Part shown: piece by piece, positions 16,430 to 24,840 of the stretch
Layout: every line of letters begins with the position of its first letter
Numbering within the stretch: position 1 is the first letter of the stretch
Assembly: GCA_035687405.1 (NCBI GenBank)
Contig: DASRXR010000480.1
Coordinates: 1-55,601 of the forward strand
Length of the DNA: 55,601 nucleotides
Reading direction: 5' to 3'
Origin: Polyangiales bacterium
Lineage (GTDB): Bacteria > Myxococcota_A > Polyangia > Polyangiales > JAFGIB01
Program-made: the position numbers and the translations under genes
Notes under the pieces: generated by a model
Seen by the model: the letters and a program-made list of their open reading frames with translations, nothing else
Databases searched by the model: none
What the model was told of the DNA's origin: nothing

Positions 16430-19107
16430 TGCGTTTTCACGCGGTGGTTCTCGGTTGTGTGCTCGCAGTGCAGCCCGTGCGAGCACAGGAGGTGGCGATG
16501 GATGCGGGAAGACTCGCGCACGCGCTGGACCGGCTCTCGAGCACGGCGCGGGTGCTGTACGTCGCGGCGCATCCCGACGACGAGAACACGCGGCTGCTCG
16601 CCTACCTCGCGAACGCCCGGCACGTGAATGCGACCTATCTGTCGATGACGCGCGGAGGCGGCGGCCAGAACCTGATCGGACGCGAACAGGACTCGATGCT
16701 CGACGTGCTGCGGACGCAGGAGCTGCTCGCGGCGCGGCGGCTCGATAGTGCGCGCCAGCGGTTTACGCGCATGCGCGACTTCGGCTACTCGAAGTCGGCG
16801 CAGGAGACGCTTTCGATTTGGGGCCACGACGACGCGCTCGGCGACGTGGTGCGCGCGATTCGCTCGCTCCAGCCCGATGTGATCATCACGCGCTTCGACG
16901 AAAAGCCGCCCAACCACGGGCATCACACGGCATCGGCGATCCTTGCGCGCGAAGCATTTAGCGCTGCGGCCGATCCGAAGCAGTTTCCGGAGCAGCTCAC
17001 GCAAGGGCTGGCGGTGTGGCAGGCGAAGCGTCTGCTTCAAAACTGGCCGTTCTGGAAAGACGAGCAACCGCCCGCGGGCGCGATCAGCTTGGACGTCGGC
17101 GGCTACGACGTGCGGCTCGGCCTGTCGTACGGCGAGCTCGCAGCGCGTTCGCGCAGCCAACACAAGAGTCAGGGTTTTGGTGCAGCCGGTGAACGCGGGC
17201 CGCTGATCGAGCGGTTCGTCCAGGTTGCGGGGACACCTGCGACGGATGATCTCCTCGATGGAGTCGAGCTCGGCTGGGCGCGTTACGGAGCGCCCGGTCG
17301 AGTCTTTGCGGCGGCATTGCAAAAGGCGCGAAGTGCGCTGCACCGGGATTACCCGGAGCGCGCTTTGCCCGGGTTGGCGGAAGCCTGGCGAGCGCTTGCA
17401 GCGCTACCGGCAGCCGAACCGCGCGTGCGAGATGCGAAGACTGACCTGGCGAAGCTGATGGCGGCGGCGAGCGGGCTGTACGTTCGCGCGAATGCGACCA
17501 AGCCTGCGTGTTCGCCCGGCTCGATCACGCCGGTGCGCGTGGAGGTCGTGTTGCGTCGCCCCGCAGTCTTGCGGCTGTCGAAGCTGACGCTGCCGGATGG
17601 ATCTCCTGCCCCGCTGGCGCCGACCCCTACGCTGAAGACTGGCGCGGCCGAGCACGCGTGGCCGCCCAAGGATGCGCTCGCATCGACAATCGTCCCGGAC
17701 AGCGCGCTCCAGCTTGCGGCACAAGCGGTTCCGCAAAAGAGCCCGCAGCTGGCAGCTGCGGGGCAGGTCGCGCCGGTGCCGGCCGCCAGCACGACTGACC
17801 CTGCGGTGCTCGGGGTGCACGAGAAGCGTGAGATCAGCATCGAGCTCAAATGTCCTGCCAGCGCCGCTGTTTCGACGCCGTATTGGCTCGCCCAACCGCC
17901 CGAAGCCGGGCACTTCGTTCTCTCCGATCCGAACCTCGCCGATGATCCGGAAGGCAAACCGCCGCTGATGGCTTCACTCGACGTGAACCTCGCCGGCGTC
18001 GATCTCCGCCTTCCCGTTCCGGTCGTGTACACTTGGCTCGACCGCGTGCATGGGGAGCGCGAACGCCGCGTGCAGATCGAGCCTCCTGCGACCGCCACGC
18101 CCGCGCGCGACGCGGTCATGTTTCCGAACGGCCGGAGCGCAAAAGTGATCCTTCGCGTCCGCGCTGCGAAAGACGCGCTCGACGCTCGTGCGTTCTTGCG
18201 CTTACCGCCCGGCTACAAAGCCGAGCCCGCCGAGCAACGCGTGCAGCTCGCACGCCAGGGTGACGACACGACTGTCGAGTTCGTGGTCACGCCGCCGGCA
18301 GCCGCGAAGACTCCTGTGACCTCACGTGTGTACGCCGAACCGGTGATCGCAGTCGAGGGCCGCGACTACTCGTATCGCGAAGACGTGATCGACTATCCGC
18401 ACGTACCGCTACAAACAGTCCTGCAACCCGCGCGGATTCGGCTGTCGTCAGTGGCGCTCCAAAAGCCGCGCGGGCTCATCGGCTACGTCGAAGGCTCGGG
18501 TGACACGATCCCAGCCGACCTCGCGCACATCGGCGCGCAAGTCGAGTTGCTCAGCGACGCCACGCTGCTCGAGGGTGACTTGTCGCGCTTCTCCGCGATC
18601 GTGCTCGGCGTGCGTGCGTACAACACCCGCGACGTGCTTCCGCGCGTCCACGCTCGGTTGACGAAGTTCGCGGAGCAGGGCGGAACCCTGGTCGTGCAGT
18701 ACGTCACGCGCAGCTCGATCTCTCCGCTCGATGCGCCGGTCGGCCCGTATCCACTCGACGTCGGTCGTGGTCGCGTGACGGACGAAAACGCCGCCGTCCA
18801 CGCGATCGATCCCAACGATCGCGTGTTGCGCAGCCCGAACAAGATCGGACCCGAAGACTTTGCCGGTTGGGTTCAAGAGCGAGGCTTGTACTTCGGCGAA
18901 AAGTGGGACGAGCGCTACAAGCCCGTGTTCGAGATCGCCGATCCCGGAGAGCCCGCGCAACGCGGCGCGTTGTTAGTCGCGAAGGTCGGCCGTGGCCGCT
19001 ATGTCTACACCGGCCTCGCGTTCTTCCGGCAGTTGCCGGCAGGCGTGCCCGGCGCCTACCGCTTGTTTACGAATCTCTTGGCGCGCGCCACCGACGAGGC
19101 GCCGTGA
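16426..19107 (+). CDS. large PIG-L/LmbE-family deacetylase with an N-terminal signal peptide and a C-terminal GATase1/ThuA-like module
   Basis: 893 aa. The ATG overlaps the bshA stop (ATGA). Signal-like MMRFHAVVLGCVLAVQPVRA|QE. PIG-L motif VLYVAAHPDDENTRLLAYLANARHVNATYLSMTRGGGGQN. The C-terminal part reads GLIGYVEGSGDTIPADL...FSAIVLGVRAYNTRD...GGTLVVQYVT...GRYVYTGLAFFRQLPAGVPGAYRLFTNLL. Confidence 0.8.
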   Translation: MMRFHAVVLGCVLAVQPVRAQEVAMDAGRLAHALDRLSSTARVLYVAAHPDDENTRLLAYLANARHVNATYLSMTRGGGGQNLIGREQDSMLDVLRTQELLAARRLDSARQRFTRMRDFGYSKSAQETLSIWGHDDALGDVVRAIRSLQPDVIITRFDEKPPNHGHHTASAILAREAFSAAADPKQFPEQLTQGLAVWQAKRLLQNWPFWKDEQPPAGAISLDVGGYDVRLGLSYGELAARSRSQHKSQGFGAAGERGPLIERFVQVAGTPATDDLLDGVELGWARYGAPGRVFAAALQKARSALHRDYPERALPGLAEAWRALAALPAAEPRVRDAKTDLAKLMAAASGLYVRANATKPACSPGSITPVRVEVVLRRPAVLRLSKLTLPDGSPAPLAPTPTLKTGAAEHAWPPKDALASTIVPDSALQLAAQAVPQKSPQLAAAGQVAPVPAASTTDPAVLGVHEKREISIELKCPASAAVSTPYWLAQPPEAGHFVLSDPNLADDPEGKPPLMASLDVNLAGVDLRLPVPVVYTWLDRVHGERERRVQIEPPATATPARDAVMFPNGRSAKVILRVRAAKDALDARAFLRLPPGYKAEPAEQRVQLARQGDDTTVEFVVTPPAAAKTPVTSRVYAEPVIAVEGRDYSYREDVIDYPHVPLQTVLQPARIRLSSVALQKPRGLIGYVEGSGDTIPADLAHIGAQVELLSDATLLEGDLSRFSAIVLGVRAYNTRDVLPRVHARLTKFAEQGGTLVVQYVTRSSISPLDAPVGPYPLDVGRGRVTDENAAVHAIDPNDRVLRSPNKIGPEDFAGWVQERGLYFGEKWDERYKPVFEIADPGEPAQRGALLVAKVGRGRYVYTGLAFFRQLPAGVPGAYRLFTNLLARATDEAP

Positions 19108-19247
19108 ATCCGGAGCCGCAACAAGCCCCGTCGGACGAAGATCCGCCGCCGATCCTCGGCAGCTGGCAGCGGCTTTACGCGCTCGTCGTGATCGAGCTTT
19201 TGTTGTGCGCTGGGCTGCTCTACCTCCTCGCGAGGTGGGCCGCGTGA
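19104..19247 (+). CDS. 47-aa single-pass membrane peptide (micro-ORF between the deacetylase and the symporter)
   Basis: The GTG at 19104 overlaps the upstream stop (GTGA). Its own TGA (19245-19247) overlaps the GTG start of the symporter (GTGA). Sequence: VNPEPQQAPSDEDPPPILGSWQRLYALVVIELLLCAGLLYLLARWAA, with one hydrophobic helix. It is listed in the ORF track only as the tail of 18867..19247. Confidence 0.5.
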   Translation: MNPEPQQAPSDEDPPPILGSWQRLYALVVIELLLCAGLLYLLARWAA

Positions 19248-20959
19248 GCGTTCTCGACTGGGTCGTGATGGCCGGTACGATCGCGTTCATCGTGATCTAC
19301 GGCACGTGGCGTACGCGCGGTGTGCGCGACGTCGAAGGCTACTTTCATGGCGGCCACACGCTCAAGTGGCCGACGATCGGCCTCAGCATCATGGCCACGC
19401 AAGCGAGCGCGATCACGTTCTTGTCCACGCCCGGCCAAGCGTTCGACGACGGACTGCGCTTCGTGCAGTTCTACTTCGGCTTGCCGCTCGCGATGGTCGT
19501 GATCGCCGCCGTGTTCGTGCCGATCTACCACCGGCTCAACGTCTACACGGCGTACGAATACCTCGAACATCGCTTCGACGTGCGCGTTCGCTACTTCGGC
19601 GCGGTGCTGTTCCTGATCCAGCGTGGGCTCGCGACCGGCGTCACGATCTACGCTCCATCCATCATTCTCAGCTCGCTGCTCGGTTGGTCACTTCAAGCGA
19701 CGAACGCCGGTATGGGCTTGGTCGTGATCCTCTACACGGTGTTCGGCGGCACGCGCGCGGTCAGCGAGACGCAAAAGCAGCAGATGATCGTGATGATGGG
19801 CGGCATGGTCCTCGCGCTCGTGCTGATTGTATGGCGTTTGCCCGAGGGCGTGTCGCTGCCCAACGCGGTGAAGGTCGCCGGCGCGCTCGATCGCATGAAC
19901 GCGGTGAGCTTCGAGTTCGACTTCGCAAACCGCTACAATTTCTGGTCCGGGATCACAGGCGGCTTCTTTCTCGCGCTCGCGTACTTCGGCACCGATCAGT
20001 CGCAAGTGCAGCGGTACTTGTCCGGCCGTTCGATCGCAGAGAGTCGCCTCGGACTCCTGTTCAACGGCATGTTCAAAGTGCCGATGCAGTTCATCATCTT
20101 GTTCAGCGGCGTGATGGTGTTCGTGTTCTACCTGTTCACGCAGCCGCCGCTGTTCTTCAACACGCCCGTGCTCGATCAAGTCGAAGCGACGCCCCACGCA
20201 GCCGAGTTGCACGCGCTGGAACGCGAGTACGGGCAGGCATTCGAACGCCAGCGCAGCGCCGCGCTCGGCTACATTGCGGCGCTCGATGCGAGCCGCGACG
20301 TCGACGCCCAGCGGCAAGTGTTACGCGACGCAGCCCACGACGCCGACCAGGTGCGCGACCGCGCGAAGCACTTGATCGCGAAGGCTGTTCCGACCGCCGA
20401 GTTGAAAGACACCGACTACGTGTTTCTCGGGTTCGTGATCCAATACGTGCCGGTCGGGCTCGTCGGCCTCTTGATCGCGGTCATCATGTGCGCCGCAATG
20501 AGCTCGATCGCGAGCGAGCTGACGGCGCTAGGGTCGACGACGACGCTCGACCTGTATCAGCGGATTCGAGGTAAACCCGTCGAAAGCGAACGCGGCCTGC
20601 TGATCTCCAAGCTGTTCACGGCATTGTGGGGTGTGCTGGCAGTCGGATTTGCGAGCTTTGCTGCGCTGCTCGACAATTTGATCGAAGCCGTGAACATCCT
20701 CGGGTCGCTGTTTTACGGAACGCTCCTCGGCTTGTTTTTAGTCGGCTTCTTCTTGCGCAAGATCACCGGCACACCGACGTTGATTGCGGCGTTCCTCGCA
20801 GAGGCGCTCGTCCTCGGCCTGTTCTTCGCCTCGAACCTAGGCTTCCTCTGGTACAACGTCGTCGGCGCCGGGGCGGTCGTCGGATTTGCAATCGTGTTGC
20901 AACCGTTCGTGGGAACACCGCGAACACCACAGACTCCGCAAACTGCCGCTCAGAACTGA
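19244..20959 (+). CDS. sodium:solute symporter (SSF/SLC5) family transporter
   Basis: ORF 18992..20959, trimmed to the GTG at 19244 (VSVLDWVVMAGTIAFIVIYG...). The upstream part is Arg/Pro-rich and overlaps other genes. It is multi-TM. GGHTLKWPTIGLSIMATQASAITFLSTPGQAFDDGL is typical of the first SSF helices. Confidence 0.85.
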   Translation: MSVLDWVVMAGTIAFIVIYGTWRTRGVRDVEGYFHGGHTLKWPTIGLSIMATQASAITFLSTPGQAFDDGLRFVQFYFGLPLAMVVIAAVFVPIYHRLNVYTAYEYLEHRFDVRVRYFGAVLFLIQRGLATGVTIYAPSIILSSLLGWSLQATNAGMGLVVILYTVFGGTRAVSETQKQQMIVMMGGMVLALVLIVWRLPEGVSLPNAVKVAGALDRMNAVSFEFDFANRYNFWSGITGGFFLALAYFGTDQSQVQRYLSGRSIAESRLGLLFNGMFKVPMQFIILFSGVMVFVFYLFTQPPLFFNTPVLDQVEATPHAAELHALEREYGQAFERQRSAALGYIAALDASRDVDAQRQVLRDAAHDADQVRDRAKHLIAKAVPTAELKDTDYVFLGFVIQYVPVGLVGLLIAVIMCAAMSSIASELTALGSTTTLDLYQRIRGKPVESERGLLISKLFTALWGVLAVGFASFAALLDNLIEAVNILGSLFYGTLLGLFLVGFFLRKITGTPTLIAAFLAEALVLGLFFASNLGFLWYNVVGAGAVVGFAIVLQPFVGTPRTPQTPQTAAQN

Positions 20960-21579
20960 ACGCGCACCGGTACGGTCTGCGTCGCGCCCTCGGGGAACAA
21001 CAGCCCTTTGACGCGAATCGTCGTGCCCTTCATCAGCACGTCGGCTTCGTATTTACCGGGCGTGATCGCCGCAGGCTTCGCGCCGCTCTTCATCTCGGCG
21101 ACCACCGCCCCGTTGCGGAGCAGCTTCACGGGGATCCCATTCTGCGAGCGTCCGCCGACGAGCACATTGAGCGTGACCTTCGCCCACGGAAACGTCGCTT
21201 CGACCTGCGTCGTCTTGCCCGACTCGAGAAACACTTCGCGAGTCTGTTTCGGCGTATCCGCGAGTGAGGCAGCGTCACTGATCTGCAGCTCGATCTTGTG
21301 CGAGCCTGCGCGCAACGCGATCGTCGTCCCGCTCTCGCCTTCGCTCGCGATCTTGCCCGTTTCATCGAGCACGCGGATCCGCGCTGCCACCACTTGCCCT
21401 GCAACCAGCGCGCGGACGTTCATGCTCGCGGAACCCGTGTCGCGTGCCGGGCCATCCGAGATCACGAACGCACCCAGCTCGGTGCCGGAGCTCTCGGACA
21501 CCGGCGCGTAAGTCGCGCTCTGCAGCCAAGAGCTGCAAGCCATAATTCCGAAAAGCGACAACACGAGCGGGAAACGCAT
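20950..21579 (-). CDS. hypothetical lipoprotein, two beta-sandwich-like repeats
   Basis: 209 aa. MRFPLVLSLFGIMAC lipobox. There are two related halves (...AGSHKIELQISD... and ...PGKYEADVLMKG...). I recognise no family. The 3' end overlaps the symporter 3' end by 10 nt. Confidence 0.65.
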   Translation of the reverse strand: MRFPLVLSLFGIMACSSWLQSATYAPVSESSGTELGAFVISDGPARDTGSASMNVRALVAGQVVAARIRVLDETGKIASEGESGTTIALRAGSHKIELQISDAASLADTPKQTREVFLESGKTTQVEATFPWAKVTLNVLVGGRSQNGIPVKLLRNGAVVAEMKSGAKPAAITPGKYEADVLMKGTTIRVKGLLFPEGATQTVPVRVQF

Positions 21580-21786
21580 GAGTGCCTCCGGGCGGTATGA
21601 ACGTACGTGGAGTTAGCGCGCGATCGCTGCGGGTCGCAAGCCGAAAGCCGTGCGCCCGCCGGCGAGTCCCCGCGCGTGGTACGCACAGTCAGCGTCCGGC
21701 CGAACGGTTGAAGTCACGATTGGGGACGCATCTCACTGCGCGACCAACCGGGATTTCTGCGAGTATCCGAGGGTGGAGAACGCGTC

Positions 21787-22656
21787 ATGCGGCTCGCGTT
21801 AGCGATCCTCGGGCTGGTTGCGATCACGTCGACAGCCCGCGCGTGGGGCAAAGACGGGCATGCCATCGTCGCCGAGCTCGCCGAGTTGTACCTCGCCCCG
21901 CAAACCCGGGCTGCGATCGAACCGCTGCTCGCACCGGGCGAGGACCTCGCAGCCGTCGGCAGCTGGGCGGACGACTATCGCAAAATGTGTCTGAACACCG
22001 GGGCGTGGCACTACGTGAACATTCCGCTTACGGCCGCGAGCTACGATCCGGCGCGCGATTGCCCGGAGCCCCGAGGTTGCGTCATCAGCGCGGCGGATCG
22101 CGAGCTCGCGATCCTCGCCGACGCAAACGCTCCACTGGAAGACCGCAGCCGTGCGCTGCGCTTGGTCGTGCATTTCATCGGCGACCTTCACCAACCTCTC
22201 CACAGTGGCGATCGAGCGGATCGCGGCGGTAACGATCTGCGCGTGCGCTTCGCTGGACGCATCGCGAACCTGCACAGTGTCTGGGACTCGGAGCTGATCG
22301 CTTGGACGGGTCGCAACGTCTCCGACTACGTCGCGATGCTCGCGCGTTCGCTGAAGCCGCCGGAGGCGCGCCGCTTCAAGCGCAGCGGTGTCCACGATTG
22401 GGTGCTCGAAGCGCAACGGGTCGCGCGGCGGGTCTATGCGAAGCTACCCGCTGGGGCCGATTCAAAGCAGACGGTCGAGCTCGGCGACGACTATGCAAAA
22501 CGCATCTTGCCGATGCTCGACGAGCAACTCCTGCGCGCGGGAGTGCGGCTCGCGGCGGCGCTCGATCGCGCGTTTGCCCGCCCGGGGCCGACCGTCACCG
22601 AGTTGCAGCTGGCGGCGGCGCGGGCGTGCCTGGCGCCCGCGCCGAAGCATAAATAG
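21787..22656 (+). CDS. S1/P1-type nuclease, secreted
   Basis: 289 aa. Signal ...ITSTARA|WGKDGH, giving the mature N-terminal Trp typical of P1 nuclease. Other motifs are GSWADDYR, WHYVNIP, VHFIGDLHQPLH, GGNDLRVRF and NLHSVWDSELI. Confidence 0.85.
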   Translation: MRLALAILGLVAITSTARAWGKDGHAIVAELAELYLAPQTRAAIEPLLAPGEDLAAVGSWADDYRKMCLNTGAWHYVNIPLTAASYDPARDCPEPRGCVISAADRELAILADANAPLEDRSRALRLVVHFIGDLHQPLHSGDRADRGGNDLRVRFAGRIANLHSVWDSELIAWTGRNVSDYVAMLARSLKPPEARRFKRSGVHDWVLEAQRVARRVYAKLPAGADSKQTVELGDDYAKRILPMLDEQLLRAGVRLAAALDRAFARPGPTVTELQLAAARACLAPAPKHK

Positions 22657-22658
22657 GC

Positions 22659-23120
22659 TCAGCCGTGCTTCTCGTAGGTTCCGATGAGCGCCGCCTGCGC
22701 GACGATGTGACCTTGCATGGCCGACTCGAGCTCTTCTTTAGTCGGCTGTTCGAGGTCGACCAGCGCATCGAGCGCATACAACTTGAACGCGTACCGGTGG
22801 CGGCCGCTCGGAGGGCAGGGGCCGCCGTAAGCTGCTCGCTTCCAGCTGTTTTTCCCGTGCGTGCCCGTCTTCGGCAGATCGCGAATGCCCTCCGGTAAAC
22901 CAGTGGTCATCTTGGGTAGGTTGAAGACGACCCAGTGAACCCAGACCTGCGAGGCAGCGCTCGAAACGGGCGCGTCTGGATCGTCGACGATCAAGGCGAT
23001 CGACTCCGTTCCTGCGGGCACGCCCGACCACTCGAGTGGTGGCGAGGTGTCGGAACCTTCGCACGTGTACTGGCTCGGTATTTCCCCGTTATGTTCGAAT
23101 ACCGACGAGTAGAGACGCAT
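22659..23120 (-). CDS. YbhB/YbcL family Raf-kinase-inhibitor-like (PEBP) protein
   Basis: 153 aa. Motifs are FEHNGEIPSQYTCEGSDTSPPLEWSGVPAGTESIALIVDDPDAP, WVHWVVFNLP and YGGPCPPSGRHRYAFKLYALD. Confidence 0.9.
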   Translation of the reverse strand: MRLYSSVFEHNGEIPSQYTCEGSDTSPPLEWSGVPAGTESIALIVDDPDAPVSSAASQVWVHWVVFNLPKMTTGLPEGIRDLPKTGTHGKNSWKRAAYGGPCPPSGRHRYAFKLYALDALVDLEQPTKEELESAMQGHIVAQAALIGTYEKHG

Positions 23121-23183
23121 GCTTGTCCTCCAAGGGCGGTGATCGCCTGGCTAGAGGCTTAAATGCGCCCGTGCGGCTCGATG

Positions 23184-23204
23184 GCAACCCTGGAGCAACC
23201 CTGG
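23184..23204. repeat. direct 10-mer repeat GCAACCCTGG-a-GCAACCCTGG in the gloA/PEBP intergenic region
   Basis: Read directly: 23184-23193 and 23195-23204. It lies 64-84 nt upstream of the PEBP start (23120, minus strand) and 8 nt past the gloA stop. Confidence 0.6.
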
Positions 23205-23211
23205 GGGTGAC

Positions 23212-23631
23212 CTACCACTCGCCCGTGTTAGGCATCGACCGCCAAGGCTCGCGCGGCGGGAGCGCGTCGCCTTGCTGCAAGAGCTCGATCGAGATGTCAT
23301 CGGGCGAGCGTACGAACGCCATTCGCCCATCGCGCGGCGGGCGACGGATCACGACGCCGGCTGCCTGCAAGCGCTCGCAGGTTGCGTAGATGTCTTCGAC
23401 CGCGTAGGCGACGTGTCCGAAGTTTCGCCCGCCGCGATACTCCTGATCGTCCCAGTTGTACGTGAGCTCGATCTGCGCTTGATCGTCGTTCGGAGCGGCC
23501 AGGAACACGAGCGTGAAGCGACCTTGTTCGTGCTCGCGCCGGCGCAGCTCGCGCAGGCCGAGCGCATTGCAGTAGAACGCGAGCGACTTTTCCAGATCGC
23601 TGACGCGCACCATCGTATGAAGGTATTTCAT
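23212..23631 (-). CDS. gloA: lactoylglutathione lyase (glyoxalase I)
   Basis: 139 aa. [26 protein letters not shown]...IELTYNWD...[18 protein letters not shown]...ISIELLQ is collinear with E. coli GloA ([20 protein letters not shown]...IELTYNW...GHIALSVDN...KIELIE). Confidence 0.9.
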   Translation of the reverse strand: MKYLHTMVRVSDLEKSLAFYCNALGLRELRRREHEQGRFTLVFLAAPNDDQAQIELTYNWDDQEYRGGRNFGHVAYAVEDIYATCERLQAAGVVIRRPPRDGRMAFVRSPDDISIELLQQGDALPPREPWRSMPNTGEW

Positions 23632-23682
23632 GCCGACCTCCGCTTAGGCTTACACTCAGCCGTCCGCTAAGACTAGCCGAGC

Positions 23683-24837
23683 ATGCCTGTTTTGCACGAA
23701 CCCACGCTGTCCGAAGACGAGCTTCGCCCGACCCACCTCGAGGTGGATCTAGCCGTTCTTGCCGAGAACTATCGCGTGCTTGCAGCGCACGTGGCTCCGG
23801 CGCGCGTGATGCCGATCCTGAAGGCGAACGCCTACGGGCACGGCCTCGTCGCAGTCGCGCAGAAACTGGAAAATGTGGGCGCACCGTACGTCGGAGTGGC
23901 GTACTTGGAAGAAGGGCTGCGGCTGCGTCAGGCCGGCGTGCAGCTTCCGGTGCTCGTGCTCGGTGGCATCATCGGCTCGCAGATCCCGCGCTTCGTCGAA
24001 CACGACCTGACGCTGACGGCGTCGTCGGTCGACAAGCTCGCGGCGATCGAGGCTTGCGCCGAGCGGCTCGGCAAGCAGGCCCGCGTGCACTTGAAGATCG
24101 ACACCGGCATGGAGCGGATCGGGGTGCACTGGTACAGCGCCGAGCCGCTGCTCGAAGCGGCGGCCCGATCGCGCCACGTGCTCGTCGAAGGTGTGTTCAC
24201 GCATTTCGCGAACGCCGACGAATCGGATCTCACGCACGCGCGCCTCCAGCTCGAGCGATTCGACGAAGTGCTCCGCTTCTACGAGCAGCGCTCACTACCG
24301 ATGCCGATGCGGCACGCGGCAAACTCCGGCGCGATCTTGCAGTTGCCGGAGAGCTGGTTCGATCTCGTGCGTCCTGGGATCTTGTTTTACGGCGCGAGCC
24401 CGGCGAACGAATTGCAGCTGTCGATCCCGGTGCGACAGGCGTTGCGCTGGTCGACTCGCGTCGTGTTCTTCAAGGTCGTGAAGCCGGGCAGTCCGGTGAG
24501 CTACGGATCGACGTGGTCACCCACCGAGCAGACGCGCGTGATCACGCTACCGGTCGGCTACGGCGATGGCTACTTGCGCTCGCTGAGCGGACACGCCGAA
24601 GTGATCGTGCACGGCGTGCGGCGCAAGGTGGTCGGCCGGATCTGCATGGATCAAGTGATGGTCGACTTGGGCTTGAACACTGCTTACAACGGCGACGAAG
24701 TCGTGCTGCTGGGAGCGGCACGCGACGCGAGCTCTTCGATTCGCATCGAAGAGCTCGCGCGCTGGGCGGGCACGATCCCTCACGAAGTACTCACCAACAT
24801 CAACACTCGCGTGCCGCGCGTGTACTTCAATCCTTGA
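23683..24837 (+). CDS. alr: alanine racemase
   Basis: 384 aa. The PLP-lysine region is VMPILKANAYGHGL. Other motifs are VAYLEEGLRLRQAG, HLKIDTGMERIGV, THFANADE, HAANSGA, LPVGYGDGY and GRICMDQVMVDL. Confidence 0.9.
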   Translation: MPVLHEPTLSEDELRPTHLEVDLAVLAENYRVLAAHVAPARVMPILKANAYGHGLVAVAQKLENVGAPYVGVAYLEEGLRLRQAGVQLPVLVLGGIIGSQIPRFVEHDLTLTASSVDKLAAIEACAERLGKQARVHLKIDTGMERIGVHWYSAEPLLEAAARSRHVLVEGVFTHFANADESDLTHARLQLERFDEVLRFYEQRSLPMPMRHAANSGAILQLPESWFDLVRPGILFYGASPANELQLSIPVRQALRWSTRVVFFKVVKPGSPVSYGSTWSPTEQTRVITLPVGYGDGYLRSLSGHAEVIVHGVRRKVVGRICMDQVMVDLGLNTAYNGDEVVLLGAARDASSSIRIEELARWAGTIPHEVLTNINTRVPRVYFNP

Positions 24838-24840
24838 GGC

